NCBI GenBank assembly: GCA_044222185.1
Contig: JBGANV010000003.1
Span: forward strand, 96,001-160,000
Direction: 5' to 3'
Length of the DNA: 64,000 bases
Source: Planctomycetota bacterium
GTDB lineage: Bacteria > Planctomycetota > GCA-002687715 > CAIWVZ01
Shown: positions 39,369 to 51,455 of the stretch, one piece after another
Layout of the letters: each line of letters opens with the position of its first letter
How positions within the stretch are numbered: position 1 is the stretch's first letter
The notes under the pieces: model-generated
Database searches by the model: none
Told to the model about the DNA's origin: nothing
The model's input: the letters and a program-made list of their open reading frames with translations, nothing else
Translations under genes and position numbers: made by a program

Positions 39369-40825
39369 GCGGCAGGCTCCTTGAGCGTCTGCTCGAGCAC
39401 TTCCAGCCGGTCGTCGAACGGGAACAGACGATCGCCGGCCTCGATCGACGTCTCGGCGCCCCGGCCCGCGATGACGACGACGTCACCCTGGCGTGCCTGC
39501 GAGAGCGCGAGCCGGATCGCCGCGCGACGGTCGGGCTCGACCTCCACGTGATCGAGAGCACGGAACCCGGCGACGATGTCGCTGAGGATCGAGCCCGGGT
39601 TCTCGGACCGCGGGCTGCCCTGCGTCACGATGATCTCGTCCGCGCACGCCTCCGCGACGCGAGCCATGCGCCCGCGGCGGCCGCGGTCGCGCTCGCCATC
39701 GCAGGCGAAGACGACGATGAGGCGGCCGAGCGTGAACGGGCGAAGCGCCGAGAGGACCTCGCGGAGCGCGGCCTCGTTGCGGGCATGGTCCACGTACACC
39801 GCATACGGTGCGCGCAGTGGGAGCCGCTCCATGCGGCCGGCGAGCCGGTGCATCCGCGACAGTGCCTCGCAGCACGGCCTCAACTCCATGCCGATGGAGA
39901 GGCACGCGGCGAGTGCCGCGAGGATGTTCGCGGCGTTGTGCCGTCCCACGAGCCGGGTCGTGAGGGACTCAGTTCCACCCGGCGTACGAACGCGCAGGAC
40001 CGTGCCATTCCCGTCGAGCCTCATGATCTCGCCGCGGATGTCCCCGCCGCTCGAGATGCCGTAGGTCACGACGCGCGCCCGAGTCTGCGCCGCCATGACC
40101 TCCCAGGCCGGATCGTCCCGATTGAGCACGGCGACGGCATCCGTGCCGAGCATGCGGAACATCTCGGCCTTGGCGTCGACGTATTCGTCGAACGTCCCGT
40201 GGAAGTCCAGGTGATCGCGGCTGATGTTCGTCAGCACGCCGCAATCGAAGTGGACGCCATCGAGGCGTTGATCCACGAGGGCGTGGGACGGAACCTCCAT
40301 GGCGCAGCCGCGAACCCCGGCGTCCACCATCTCGCGGAGCGTGGCGTGGATGCGCGTCGCGTCGTCGTAATGAGCGAACCGTGCTCCGGGAGCGCGACCG
40401 CAGGTCTGGTGTCGAGGCTCGAGCGACTCGGATTGCATCCCGCACGCGGCCATGGCGGACGCCACGAGCTGCGCGACGGACGACTTGCCGTTCGTACCCG
40501 TGATTCCCACGAGACTCAGCCTGCGGGATGGGCCACCGAAGAACCGATCGGCGATGAATGCGAGCGCGCGCCGCGCGTCTTGTGCGAGCAGCACCGGGAT
40601 TCCGCAGTCGGATTCGACGTGCCGCTCGGAGACGATCGCGATGGCGCCACGGCTGACGGCATCACGAATCATGGGCTGCATCTCGGCACCACTTTCGTCG
40701 ACGGCGACGAAGAGATCGCCCGGGCGCACGTCGCGTGCGTCGCAAGCGATCCCGCGGACGTCCACGTCGGGGATCTGCCCGTGGCTGAGGAGTGCGCGGC
40801 CTGGAACCAGTTCGGTGAGTTTCAT
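39365..40825 (-). CDS. murE: MurE family ligase with divergent specificity motifs
   Basis: GITGTNGKS, MEVPSH, TNISRDHLDFH, YVDAK, GRHNAAN, GRME, DRRAAI, AGRGAE; located between ftsI and murF. Confidence 0.9.
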   Translation of the reverse strand: MKLTELVPGRALLSHGQIPDVDVRGIACDARDVRPGDLFVAVDESGAEMQPMIRDAVSRGAIAIVSERHVESDCGIPVLLAQDARRALAFIADRFFGGPSRRLSLVGITGTNGKSSVAQLVASAMAACGMQSESLEPRHQTCGRAPGARFAHYDDATRIHATLREMVDAGVRGCAMEVPSHALVDQRLDGVHFDCGVLTNISRDHLDFHGTFDEYVDAKAEMFRMLGTDAVAVLNRDDPAWEVMAAQTRARVVTYGISSGGDIRGEIMRLDGNGTVLRVRTPGGTESLTTRLVGRHNAANILAALAACLSIGMELRPCCEALSRMHRLAGRMERLPLRAPYAVYVDHARNEAALREVLSALRPFTLGRLIVVFACDGERDRGRRGRMARVAEACADEIIVTQGSPRSENPGSILSDIVAGFRALDHVEVEPDRRAAIRLALSQARQGDVVVIAGRGAETSIEAGDRLFPFDDRLEVLEQTLKEPAA

Positions 40826-40921
40826 CGGAGTCAATCGGGCGCGGCGAAGTCGTCTGCGGTCGGAATCAGTACTCGGTGAACCAATGAATGAGACGTGTGA
40901 CGGTCGAGCGGAGTTTCGAGA

Positions 40922-42940
40922 TCATCTGCCCTCTCCAGTCTGGCGAGGTGCCAATGGCGAGTCCTTCGGGAGCGCGTCGACCGGCTGATCCGGTTCCACG
41001 CCGAGGTACTCGAGCGTGCGTTCCACGATCTCCTTGAGCACGGGCCCGGAAACGACGCCGCCCGTGTAAGTGCCCTTGCCGCGGTTGGCGACGCGGTGAT
41101 GAACGACGATCACGAGGATGTCGGGGTCGCGCGTGGTCGTCGGGTTGTCCGGGTTCTTCGCCGGCGCCATTCCCACGATCCAGGCGTTGTACTGCGCACC
41201 GCGAGCGGTGTACTTGTCCTGGTACTGCGCCGTGCCCGTCTTCCCCATCGCCGAGTAGCGCGTCGATCGCGCCGTCGAGTACGCCGTGCCGCGCGGGTTC
41301 TCGTAGGCCTGCAGCATGGCGTTGCGGATGTAGTCCACGGTCGCGCGCGACAGGATGCGCTCCCGCGCGGGCGGCGGCGGGCGAACGATCGTCCCGCCAT
41401 ACCGGACGTCGCGGATGACGGTCGGCGTGACGCGCTCCCCGCCGTTCGCGAAGGTCGTGTAGATCGTCGCGAGACCGAGCGGCGACACGCGAACCTCGTA
41501 GCCACGAGGGAACGACACGCCAGCACCCGACTCGGTCGCGCCGCGGATGCCGTGCTCGGGATCGCTCTTCTCCGGCGTGTGATACCCGGCGGTCTCCAGG
41601 GGAAGCCCGCTGTTGGGTCGACTGCGGACGTGGAACGCGGCGAACGCATCGAACAGTCCGCGGAGCTTGAGTCTCTCGAGTCCGATCCGAGTCGCACCGA
41701 CGTTGCTCGACCGCCACAGGATCTGCGCCGGAGTGAGCGCCTGCGGGTTGACCGAGTACTCCTCGACGAGGCGGTTGTAGAACACCTCACGCCCATCGGC
41801 CCCGCCGCACTCGAAGTACTGATCGCCCCGGATGTAGCCCTTCTCGAGGCCCCACCCGATGATGACGGGCTTGATGGTGGACCCCGGCTCGTAGGAGTCG
41901 GAGGCGACCGCGAGCGGCATGTACCTGGCGTTGAACCCGGGGCCTTCGGGCGCGGACGCCGGATACGAGACGGAGGCGAGGATCTCGCCCGTCTTCGGAT
42001 CCAGAACGAGGGCCGAGGAGCGCACGCACGGGTTCTTCTTCGCGTTGTGCTCGAGTGCTTCGAGGCAGAACCGTTGGATCTCCGCGTCGATGGTGAGGTG
42101 CACGGCTGCGCCCGGCGTGGGCGGGACCTGGAACTCCGTATCGAAACGGAACTCGTGGCCGCGCGCATCCCGCTCGCCGTCGGTGACGCCGCGACGCCCT
42201 TCGAGGATCTGGTCGAATTGCCACTCGAGGCCCATGCGGCCTGCGACGCGGCCATCGTCCTTCGGGTCCTGCGATTCGCCGACGATTCCGACGACCTGCG
42301 CCGTCGTCTCGCCGTATGGGTAGACGCGCGCCACGACGTGCCGCCAGTTGAAGCCGCTCCACCGGCGCTGTTCGATGGCCGCAGACAGAAGGCGTTGAGT
42401 AGCCGGATCGACGTCGCGACACAGGAGGACCTCCTGGATCACGCGTCCCGACTCGGTATGCGTCCGCTCGATCTTCTCGGCGACGGTCTCGGCGGCGACG
42501 CCCTGCCCCACGGACCGAAGCAGCGCCGGAAGTTCGCGCACGATGGAGTCCTTCGCCGCATCCAGCTCCGCGATCCGCTTGGGTCCGGCATTCGGCAGCG
42601 GGATGTACGTCGACGGGTCGAAGCACAGACGATGCTCGTAATAGGAGCGCGCCAGCACGCGGCCCGCACGATCGACGATGGGGCCGCGGACAGGACGCTC
42701 CTCGAGCGAGATGGCATTGGAGACCGGCACGAGCGTCACGGGCGTCGGCTTGGACGCCTGCCGCAGGGCGCGGGTCCGGAACTCGTCACCACGGAGGATC
42801 TGGAGAAAGAACAGCTTGCAGATGAGGCCCGAGAAGACGAGCAACACGATGACCCCAATCCACGCAGCCGTGCGCTTGCGCAGGTTCTCCGGGTCGAGAA
42901 GGGCCTGGACGACGACCGGTGTGGACAGGGTCTCGCTCAT
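40922..42940 (-). CDS. ftsI: Class B penicillin-binding protein FtsI/PBP3
   Basis: TM, RGPIVDR, RVYPYG, GLE; catalytic SxxK (EPGSTIK), SxN (SSNVG) and KTGT. Confidence 0.93.
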   Translation of the reverse strand: MSETLSTPVVVQALLDPENLRKRTAAWIGVIVLLVFSGLICKLFFLQILRGDEFRTRALRQASKPTPVTLVPVSNAISLEERPVRGPIVDRAGRVLARSYYEHRLCFDPSTYIPLPNAGPKRIAELDAAKDSIVRELPALLRSVGQGVAAETVAEKIERTHTESGRVIQEVLLCRDVDPATQRLLSAAIEQRRWSGFNWRHVVARVYPYGETTAQVVGIVGESQDPKDDGRVAGRMGLEWQFDQILEGRRGVTDGERDARGHEFRFDTEFQVPPTPGAAVHLTIDAEIQRFCLEALEHNAKKNPCVRSSALVLDPKTGEILASVSYPASAPEGPGFNARYMPLAVASDSYEPGSTIKPVIIGWGLEKGYIRGDQYFECGGADGREVFYNRLVEEYSVNPQALTPAQILWRSSNVGATRIGLERLKLRGLFDAFAAFHVRSRPNSGLPLETAGYHTPEKSDPEHGIRGATESGAGVSFPRGYEVRVSPLGLATIYTTFANGGERVTPTVIRDVRYGGTIVRPPPPARERILSRATVDYIRNAMLQAYENPRGTAYSTARSTRYSAMGKTGTAQYQDKYTARGAQYNAWIVGMAPAKNPDNPTTTRDPDILVIVVHHRVANRGKGTYTGGVVSGPVLKEIVERTLEYLGVEPDQPVDALPKDSPLAPRQTGEGR

Positions 42941-43227
42941 TGCCCCGGCGCCTCGCGAACGGGACGTTGCGGCACGACGACGAGCGGCGTGTCCTTCACG
43001 GGGAGATCGACACCATGCTTCGAGGCCGCGGCCTCGAGCGCGCGCGGCGTGCTGCGACGGTCGATTTCGGCCCGCAGCCATTCGTTCTCGTTCCGGATCG
43101 TCGCGAGGCGCTCGCTGAGGGCGTGGATGCGGTACGCCGACCGGAGGCACTCGGCGCGGCGGTGCGCTCCCACGAGCACGAGCGTCCCGACGAGGGCCAC
43201 GCCGAGGATCAGCAGGATCGTCTTCAT
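42937..43227 (-). CDS. ftsL: FtsL-like cell division protein
   Basis: 96 aa with a TM followed by a leucine-zipper coiled coil; between rsmH and ftsI with 4-nt overlaps on both sides. Confidence 0.75.
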   Translation of the reverse strand: MKTILLILGVALVGTLVLVGAHRRAECLRSAYRIHALSERLATIRNENEWLRAEIDRRSTPRALEAAASKHGVDLPVKDTPLVVVPQRPVREAPGQ

Positions 43228-44207
43228 GCCGTGTCCTCCGATTCGTCGGACCATCGCGCAGCATCGACGCGGCGGAAGTCGCCCTTCAGGGCCGCGCGGA
43301 ACTTCGCGCTTCGGGACCGAGGATTCCTTGCGCACTCGGCCTCGGAGGCCACGAGGGGCTTTTTCGTGAGCGTCCGCGCGCGGCGTTCTCGATTCAGCGT
43401 GCGGAAGAAGTTCTTGACGATGCGATCTTCGCCGGAGTGGAAACTGATGATGCCGATGCGACCGCCGTCGGCGAGAGCATCGAAGGCCTGTGCCAGCGTG
43501 CGCTCGAGCACTCGGAGTTCGTCGTTGACGGCGATCCGGAGCGCCTGGAAGACGCGCGTCGCGGGGTGGACCCGGCTTCGTCCGCGCAGCCTCGGCGGAA
43601 CGAGCCCCTTCACGAACTCGGCGAGTTCGGTCGTCGTCGTGAACTTGCGGTGTCTCCGCGCGTCCGTGAGCTCGCGTGCGATCCGGCGCGCGAAGGGCTC
43701 GTCGCCGTAATCGCGGAGGATGTGCTCGAGGGCGTCGGCGTCGATGCGATGGAGGAGCTCCGCCGCCGTCTCGCCGCGGGCCGACATGCGCATGTCGAGC
43801 GGCCCCTCGCGCATCATGGAGAACCCACGGCCGGGCTCGTCGAGTTGGAGCGACGAGACGCCCAGGTCCATGAAGATGATGTTCGGCGACGGCGCCGCCT
43901 GCTGGATGAGGACCTCGCGGAGAGCGTCGGAGCACGCCTCGCACAGCGAAATGCGCGACGCCTGGGATGCCAACGCTCCCCGCGCGACCTCGAGGATGGC
44001 GGGATCGCGATCGATGCCCAGAAGGCGGCCGTCCGGCGACGTGCGACGGAGGAACTCGGCGGAGTGTCCGCCGGCGCCCACCATCGTTTCGACGGTGAAG
44101 TCCCCAGGAGTTGGATTCAGCAGCTCCATGACTTCTGCCACCATCACCGGCTCGTGCACCCTCGCGGGTGTCGGATCCGGGACCATCTCATCCCCTCCCC
44201 ATGTCAC
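43224..44207 (-). CDS. rsmH: 16S rRNA m4C1402 methyltransferase
   Basis: HEPVM..EV, GAGGHS, DLGVSSLQLD...RGFS, PLDMRM, FQALRIAVNDEL, ISFHSGEDRIVK, NPRSRSAK. Confidence 0.96.
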   Translation of the reverse strand: MTWGGDEMVPDPTPARVHEPVMVAEVMELLNPTPGDFTVETMVGAGGHSAEFLRRTSPDGRLLGIDRDPAILEVARGALASQASRISLCEACSDALREVLIQQAAPSPNIIFMDLGVSSLQLDEPGRGFSMMREGPLDMRMSARGETAAELLHRIDADALEHILRDYGDEPFARRIARELTDARRHRKFTTTTELAEFVKGLVPPRLRGRSRVHPATRVFQALRIAVNDELRVLERTLAQAFDALADGGRIGIISFHSGEDRIVKNFFRTLNRERRARTLTKKPLVASEAECARNPRSRSAKFRAALKGDFRRVDAARWSDESEDTA

Positions 44208-44758
44208 CTGCCGGCGGGGATGTCAGCCGGCAGACGGTTGCCCTCTCCGGCCGCGGCTGGAGTTCCGCGACCGAGTGCATGCGCTTCCTTGCGAGCGGTG
44301 GACTCGTGCTGGAAGAACGACTCCAGCGCGCGACCGATCCGCTCGGCGTATTCGTTGCGAGACGCGTCGAAGGTCTCCGTCGCCCAGACCTCCAGGCGGT
44401 CGCGCTTGCCCACGAGCGTCACGCGCTCGCGGATGCCGGCCTGTTCCATGAGGTTCACGGGCAGGCTCAGGCGACCCTGGTTGTCGGTGAGGACGCGGAC
44501 GAAGCTCGCGCGCGTGTGCGAGGTGACCATCCGCTCGTCGGCGGAGTCACCGAAATGGCTGTCGAGCCGGGCGAGGAACGCCTGGAATTGCGGCTCGCTC
44601 ATCAACCACATGCACGGCGGCTGAAGGCCTGGTACAACCCCCACCGCCAGTTCGATCGACCCGTCAGGCCGCACGTCGAGCCCGCCGCGCGCCACCGGCG
44701 GGAGTCCCAGCCGGTTGCGTTGATCGAGCTTCAATGGAGGCCAACCCGTGTCGAGCAT
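44204..44758 (-). CDS. mraZ: Transcriptional regulator MraZ
   Basis: Two AbrB-like repeats LDQRNRLGLP and TDNQGRLSLP, VG..DRLEVW; first gene of the dcw cluster. Confidence 0.85.
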   Translation of the reverse strand: MLDTGWPPLKLDQRNRLGLPPVARGGLDVRPDGSIELAVGVVPGLQPPCMWLMSEPQFQAFLARLDSHFGDSADERMVTSHTRASFVRVLTDNQGRLSLPVNLMEQAGIRERVTLVGKRDRLEVWATETFDASRNEYAERIGRALESFFQHESTARKEAHALGRGTPAAAGEGNRLPADIPAGR

Positions 44759-44826
44759 GCTTCAAACCACCACGCATAGGAGCCCGGGGAGGGGTCCCGG
44801 TCACAGGATTCAGGGATAGCCTCCCT

Positions 44827-44928
44827 TTCGAACCCCAATCGACCAGCACTTGAGCCCCATTTCTGCCTGGCAGCAGGGATGGCTCTCCTACGGGCGGCAG
44901 TTAAACCGACCGCAAGCCGTCCCGTCAA
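44827..44928 (-). promoter_or_regulatory. Putative dcw promoter with three 11-nt direct repeats (candidate MraZ operator)
   Basis: TTGACG-18nt-TTAACT at 44928-44899, then TGGGGCTCAAG, TGCTGGTCGAT and TGGGGTTCGAA in tandem at 44859-44827. Confidence 0.55.
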
Positions 44929-45171
44929 GGGCGCACAGAAAAATCGTTTGCTCGTTCGAGCGCGCCGACCCGCGTCATTTCTCCGGGAGAAAGCGCGACA
45001 TCTCGTGCCCCGCGCGCCGCCCCACACCACATCTGGCGGATCCGCGGCGCGCCCGTCGAGGCGCGATCGCTCGACGGGTGTTCAGCCGCAGGACATTTTT
45101 CTTCGCGCCGTGGCGGCCGAGACGGACGGATCCACCTTCCACGAAGGAGCCATCTCCCTAAGAATGGCGCC

Positions 45172-45861
45172 ATGCCACGCGTCCTCGATGAAGAGCGGAA
45201 TCCGGCCATCGGCCAGCTTTTGGTGCTCCTTCGCTCCGTCACCCACCAGTCGGACCCCCACAGCTTCCGCGCGACCATGAAGCGCGTGGGAGCGTTCGTC
45301 GCCTATGAGATCGCGAAGACGCTCGAGACCCGGCAGGAGACCTGCACCACTCCCCTCGGTCAGCGGGCCGAGCCCGTCCTCGCAGACGTCCCCGTGCTCG
45401 TCACCATTCTGCGAGCGAGCCTGCCGATGTGGGACGGCATGCTCGAAGTCTTTCGCCGCAGCCCGACGATCGTCATAGGAGCCGCGCGTCGCGAGGGCCG
45501 CGTGCGATCGACGGATCGCGGCCTCGCCATCGACCTCAGCTACGCAGCGCTTTCGTCCGTCGAGGGACGCACGCTCATCTACGCCGATCCCATGATCGCC
45601 ACGGGAAGCACGCTGCTCGCCGTTCATCCCGAGATCATGCGCCGCGCGGGCAAGCCGAAGCGCGTGATCATCGCGGGAATCATCGGCTACCGAGGATCCG
45701 CCGAGCGCATCGAGCGCGAGATCCCGGGCGCTGAAGTCATCCTCGCGTCCGCCGACGACGAGCTGAACGAGCACGGCTACATCGTGCCCGGCCTCGGCGA
45801 CGCCGGCGACCTGGCCTTCGGCCCGAAGTTGCCGACGAGCGACCTCCGCCCAAACGCGTGA
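45172..45861 (+). CDS. upp: Uracil phosphoribosyltransferase
   Basis: TPLG, ILRA, PRPP motif DPMIATGST, LNEHGYIVPGLGDAGD. Confidence 0.95.
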   Translation: MPRVLDEERNPAIGQLLVLLRSVTHQSDPHSFRATMKRVGAFVAYEIAKTLETRQETCTTPLGQRAEPVLADVPVLVTILRASLPMWDGMLEVFRRSPTIVIGAARREGRVRSTDRGLAIDLSYAALSSVEGRTLIYADPMIATGSTLLAVHPEIMRRAGKPKRVIIAGIIGYRGSAERIEREIPGAEVILASADDELNEHGYIVPGLGDAGDLAFGPKLPTSDLRPNA

Positions 45862-46034
45862 TCCACGAGCGTGCTCGGCGACCGGTCGACGCCGCGCGGC
45901 GGGAAGCGCTTCCCGAGAAATTCCTCCAACGTGTGCAGCGGACAGGCAGTGAGCGGCACTCCACCTCCGCAGGAACGCCGACGGGGCGCAAGACCTGCTC
46001 CTCCCGCTCGGACGGAGATATGGAGATTCCATCC

Positions 46035-48728
<2,694 letters not shown>

Positions 48729-48890
48729 CGATCGGATTTGCTCGCGACCCCGATCACGCCGCCGGCGCGGGGTAGCGCGCCGCGTCGCGGGCGCGCTCGT
48801 CCCGCAGGTGTGATCCCGAAACGTTCGGCGGCTCCTCGGACCCATTCCCGGCCACTGAGAACCGCCTTTTCATGCCGGCGGTCGCGAGGC

Positions 48891-51419
48891 TCAAAGGCTG
48901 CGCGCGGTTCGGAACCCGATGTCGTCTTCGCGCGTCGCCGGGTCGAGTGGATGTCGCGTCGCCGTTCTCGAGTGCGCGCCGTCCTGCTTGAAACTCCCGC
49001 CGCGAGCGACGCGCCGGAACATGTTGCCGGGCGCCGGCTCCCTCGACGGGTCGTGTCCCGGCTCGTCCTCGTAGGTGTCGTATCCGTCGAGACACCACTC
49101 GCGGACGTTCCCGCACACGTCGTAGAGGCCCAGTGCGTTCGGCCGGAAGGCCCCGACCGGTGAATGCACCGTGAATCCATCGTCCAGCGCCGTGTCGAAT
49201 CGCCATTGCGTGCGCGAGCCTCCGGACGCGAAGGCATGTCGGTCGCCCAGGTTCTCGGCGCCGGCCAGGGATCCAGACGTCGAGCCCGTCCACCACGCGG
49301 TCTCCGTGCCCCCGCGAGCTGCGAACTCCCACTCGCTCTCGGTAGGTAGCCGCAGCCCCATCTGCCGTGCCGTCTCGACGCACTCGCCCCAATCCACGTA
49401 CTCGACAGGATGCAACGGCGTGCATGGCTCGGGCGCACGAGCCGCTGGCTGATAGAAACTCGGATTCGAGTGGTTCCACCGGACCCACTGCGCCTGCGTC
49501 ACCTCGAATTTGGACAGAAGGAATGGGCTGATGGTCACGCGTGCGACGGGCTGCTCGTTGACCTCGGCATCGACATGGAAGTTCCGCGCCGCACGGTCGT
49601 GAGATTGAGCGCCCATGGTGAACGTCCCACCTGGGATGAGCACGAGGATGATCCCCGTGTCCGTCGTCACGGGAATCCGTCCGGCCGAATCGCGGCACGG
49701 GATTGGGCCACGGTGAGATGCCCAATGCAGGAACTCCTCGAGCGTCGTGTCCGGGTCGATGCCGAGCGGGATCAGGCCGACCATCGGGCGGATGGTGAGC
49801 GCGGCGTATCGAGGATTGGCAGCGGCCCGCGCGACGGCGCCATCCCAGGCGCCCCGGCATCGCTCGATCGTCTCGATGCCGATCCTGCGCGAGATCTCCA
49901 GCCTGGACTCGATGCTCGGAAGCAGCCCGGCGGGAGGTTCCGTCGCTTGCTCGAGCCTGGCGACGAGACGTGCGGTCGTTTCACGTTGAAATTCCAGGTC
50001 GGCGCGGTCTGAGACGGTCGGTGTCGTATCGCGGCCAGGCACGAATGCAGCCAGACGGGCGTCGAGTTCGCACAGGAACGCGCGATGATCGGACAGTCGC
50101 CCGAAGATCGGCCCGAACCCGGCCTTCCACTGCACCAACGCCGGAATGAGCTCCGGTGCCGGCGGCCACAGCGCGTCGCTGGCTTTGCCGGCGTCGTCGA
50201 GCCGGCGAATGTCTGCGAGGCGTTGGTACTCGGCGAGGGTCGTCGAGAGCCGGCGGTTGCTCACTTGCTGGGAGGCCATGATCGCGGATGCAACTGCGAC
50301 GCACGCGAGCACGGCGCCGACGACGAGAGGGTGACGGCGTCCCCACCGCAAGGCCCGCGATCCGACCGGGAGCGGGCGCGCGCGAACCGGCTCCCCGCGC
50401 TCGACACGCCCGAGATCATCAGCGAGCCCGCCCGCGGACGCGTATCGGCGATCGGGTGACGGGTCCATGGCCGTCGCGATCACGACGGCGAGATCGCGCG
50501 ACACGGCGGGTGCGCGCCACCGCAACGGCGTTGGGGCCCCGCGCTCGATGTCTCGAAACAATGCGGCGCGCGTCTCGCCGTCGTACGGCCTCACTCCAGC
50601 CAGCAACTCGTAACCGATCACGCCGAGTGCATGAACGTCCGTCCGCTCGTCGGCGCGCTTCCCATCGCCGCGGACCTGCTCGGGCGCCATGTACGGCGGA
50701 CTCCCGAGGAGGTCTCCGGAATGCGTCACGCCCTCACCCTCATCTCCTGCCGTACGTGCCAGGCCGAAGTCCACGATCACTGGAATTCCACCGCGGTCGA
50801 GCATGACGTTCGAGGGCTTCAGATCGCGGTGAATGACTCGAGCTTCGTGGGCGACGCTCAAGCTCGCCGCGAGCCGCCGCATGAGCGAAACGACGCTCCG
50901 CACGTGCGCTCGCGGATCCGTCCGCCGGGCGGCGTCGCTGAATCTGCCGCGGACGATCTCCTCGGCAAGCGTCGTGCCCTCGATCCACTTCATCGCCAGG
51001 TAGATCCCCGCACGCCATCGGCCACAGCCGTAGATCGAGCCGATCCCCGGGTCGTCGATCCGGGCAAGCGCGCGCGCTTCACGCCGCAGCCGCTCGAGTG
51101 ATCTTGCGTCACCGCCTTCCATGAGCTTCAGGGCCAGGTCGCGCCCGAGGTTCGAGTCCCAGGCCTTCCATACTTGAGCCTGCCCCCCTCGTCCGAGGAA
51201 CTCGACGATCGTGTATCCGTCGATGCCATCGCCGATCGACGGCCCATCGGGGAACGCCGCGGTGTTCACCTCGAGTTCGCCCATCCATCGGAGCACATCC
51301 GCCTCGCGCCCTGGGAACTGTGCGGTGTAATGGCCCGGCGGAAGATCTCGTCCCTGATTCAGGTCGTCGAGAATGCGGCTGTACAATTCCGGCCGGATGT
51401 CCAGTGATATGTCGCACAT
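48891..51419 (-). CDS. Hanks-type Ser/Thr protein kinase fused to a C-terminal FGE-sulfatase (SUMF1) domain
   Basis: LGRGGQAQV, ALK, HRDLKPSN, DFGLA, YMAPEQ; one TM; then GGTFTMG, EVTQAQW, RLPTESEWEFAARGG, PNALGLYDVCGNVREW, RGGSF, IGFR. Start ATG 51419 or GTG 51428. Confidence 0.92.
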   Translation of the reverse strand: MCDISLDIRPELYSRILDDLNQGRDLPPGHYTAQFPGREADVLRWMGELEVNTAAFPDGPSIGDGIDGYTIVEFLGRGGQAQVWKAWDSNLGRDLALKLMEGGDARSLERLRREARALARIDDPGIGSIYGCGRWRAGIYLAMKWIEGTTLAEEIVRGRFSDAARRTDPRAHVRSVVSLMRRLAASLSVAHEARVIHRDLKPSNVMLDRGGIPVIVDFGLARTAGDEGEGVTHSGDLLGSPPYMAPEQVRGDGKRADERTDVHALGVIGYELLAGVRPYDGETRAALFRDIERGAPTPLRWRAPAVSRDLAVVIATAMDPSPDRRYASAGGLADDLGRVERGEPVRARPLPVGSRALRWGRRHPLVVGAVLACVAVASAIMASQQVSNRRLSTTLAEYQRLADIRRLDDAGKASDALWPPAPELIPALVQWKAGFGPIFGRLSDHRAFLCELDARLAAFVPGRDTTPTVSDRADLEFQRETTARLVARLEQATEPPAGLLPSIESRLEISRRIGIETIERCRGAWDGAVARAAANPRYAALTIRPMVGLIPLGIDPDTTLEEFLHWASHRGPIPCRDSAGRIPVTTDTGIILVLIPGGTFTMGAQSHDRAARNFHVDAEVNEQPVARVTISPFLLSKFEVTQAQWVRWNHSNPSFYQPAARAPEPCTPLHPVEYVDWGECVETARQMGLRLPTESEWEFAARGGTETAWWTGSTSGSLAGAENLGDRHAFASGGSRTQWRFDTALDDGFTVHSPVGAFRPNALGLYDVCGNVREWCLDGYDTYEDEPGHDPSREPAPGNMFRRVARGGSFKQDGAHSRTATRHPLDPATREDDIGFRTARSL

Positions 51420-51455
51420 GTAGGCCACCGTCCTTCGCCTGATAGCGTCTCCGCC

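Noticed and set aside
48774-48797. 8-bp GC hairpin between convergent genes
   Set aside because: No U-tract on either strand, and likely to occur by chance at this GC content.
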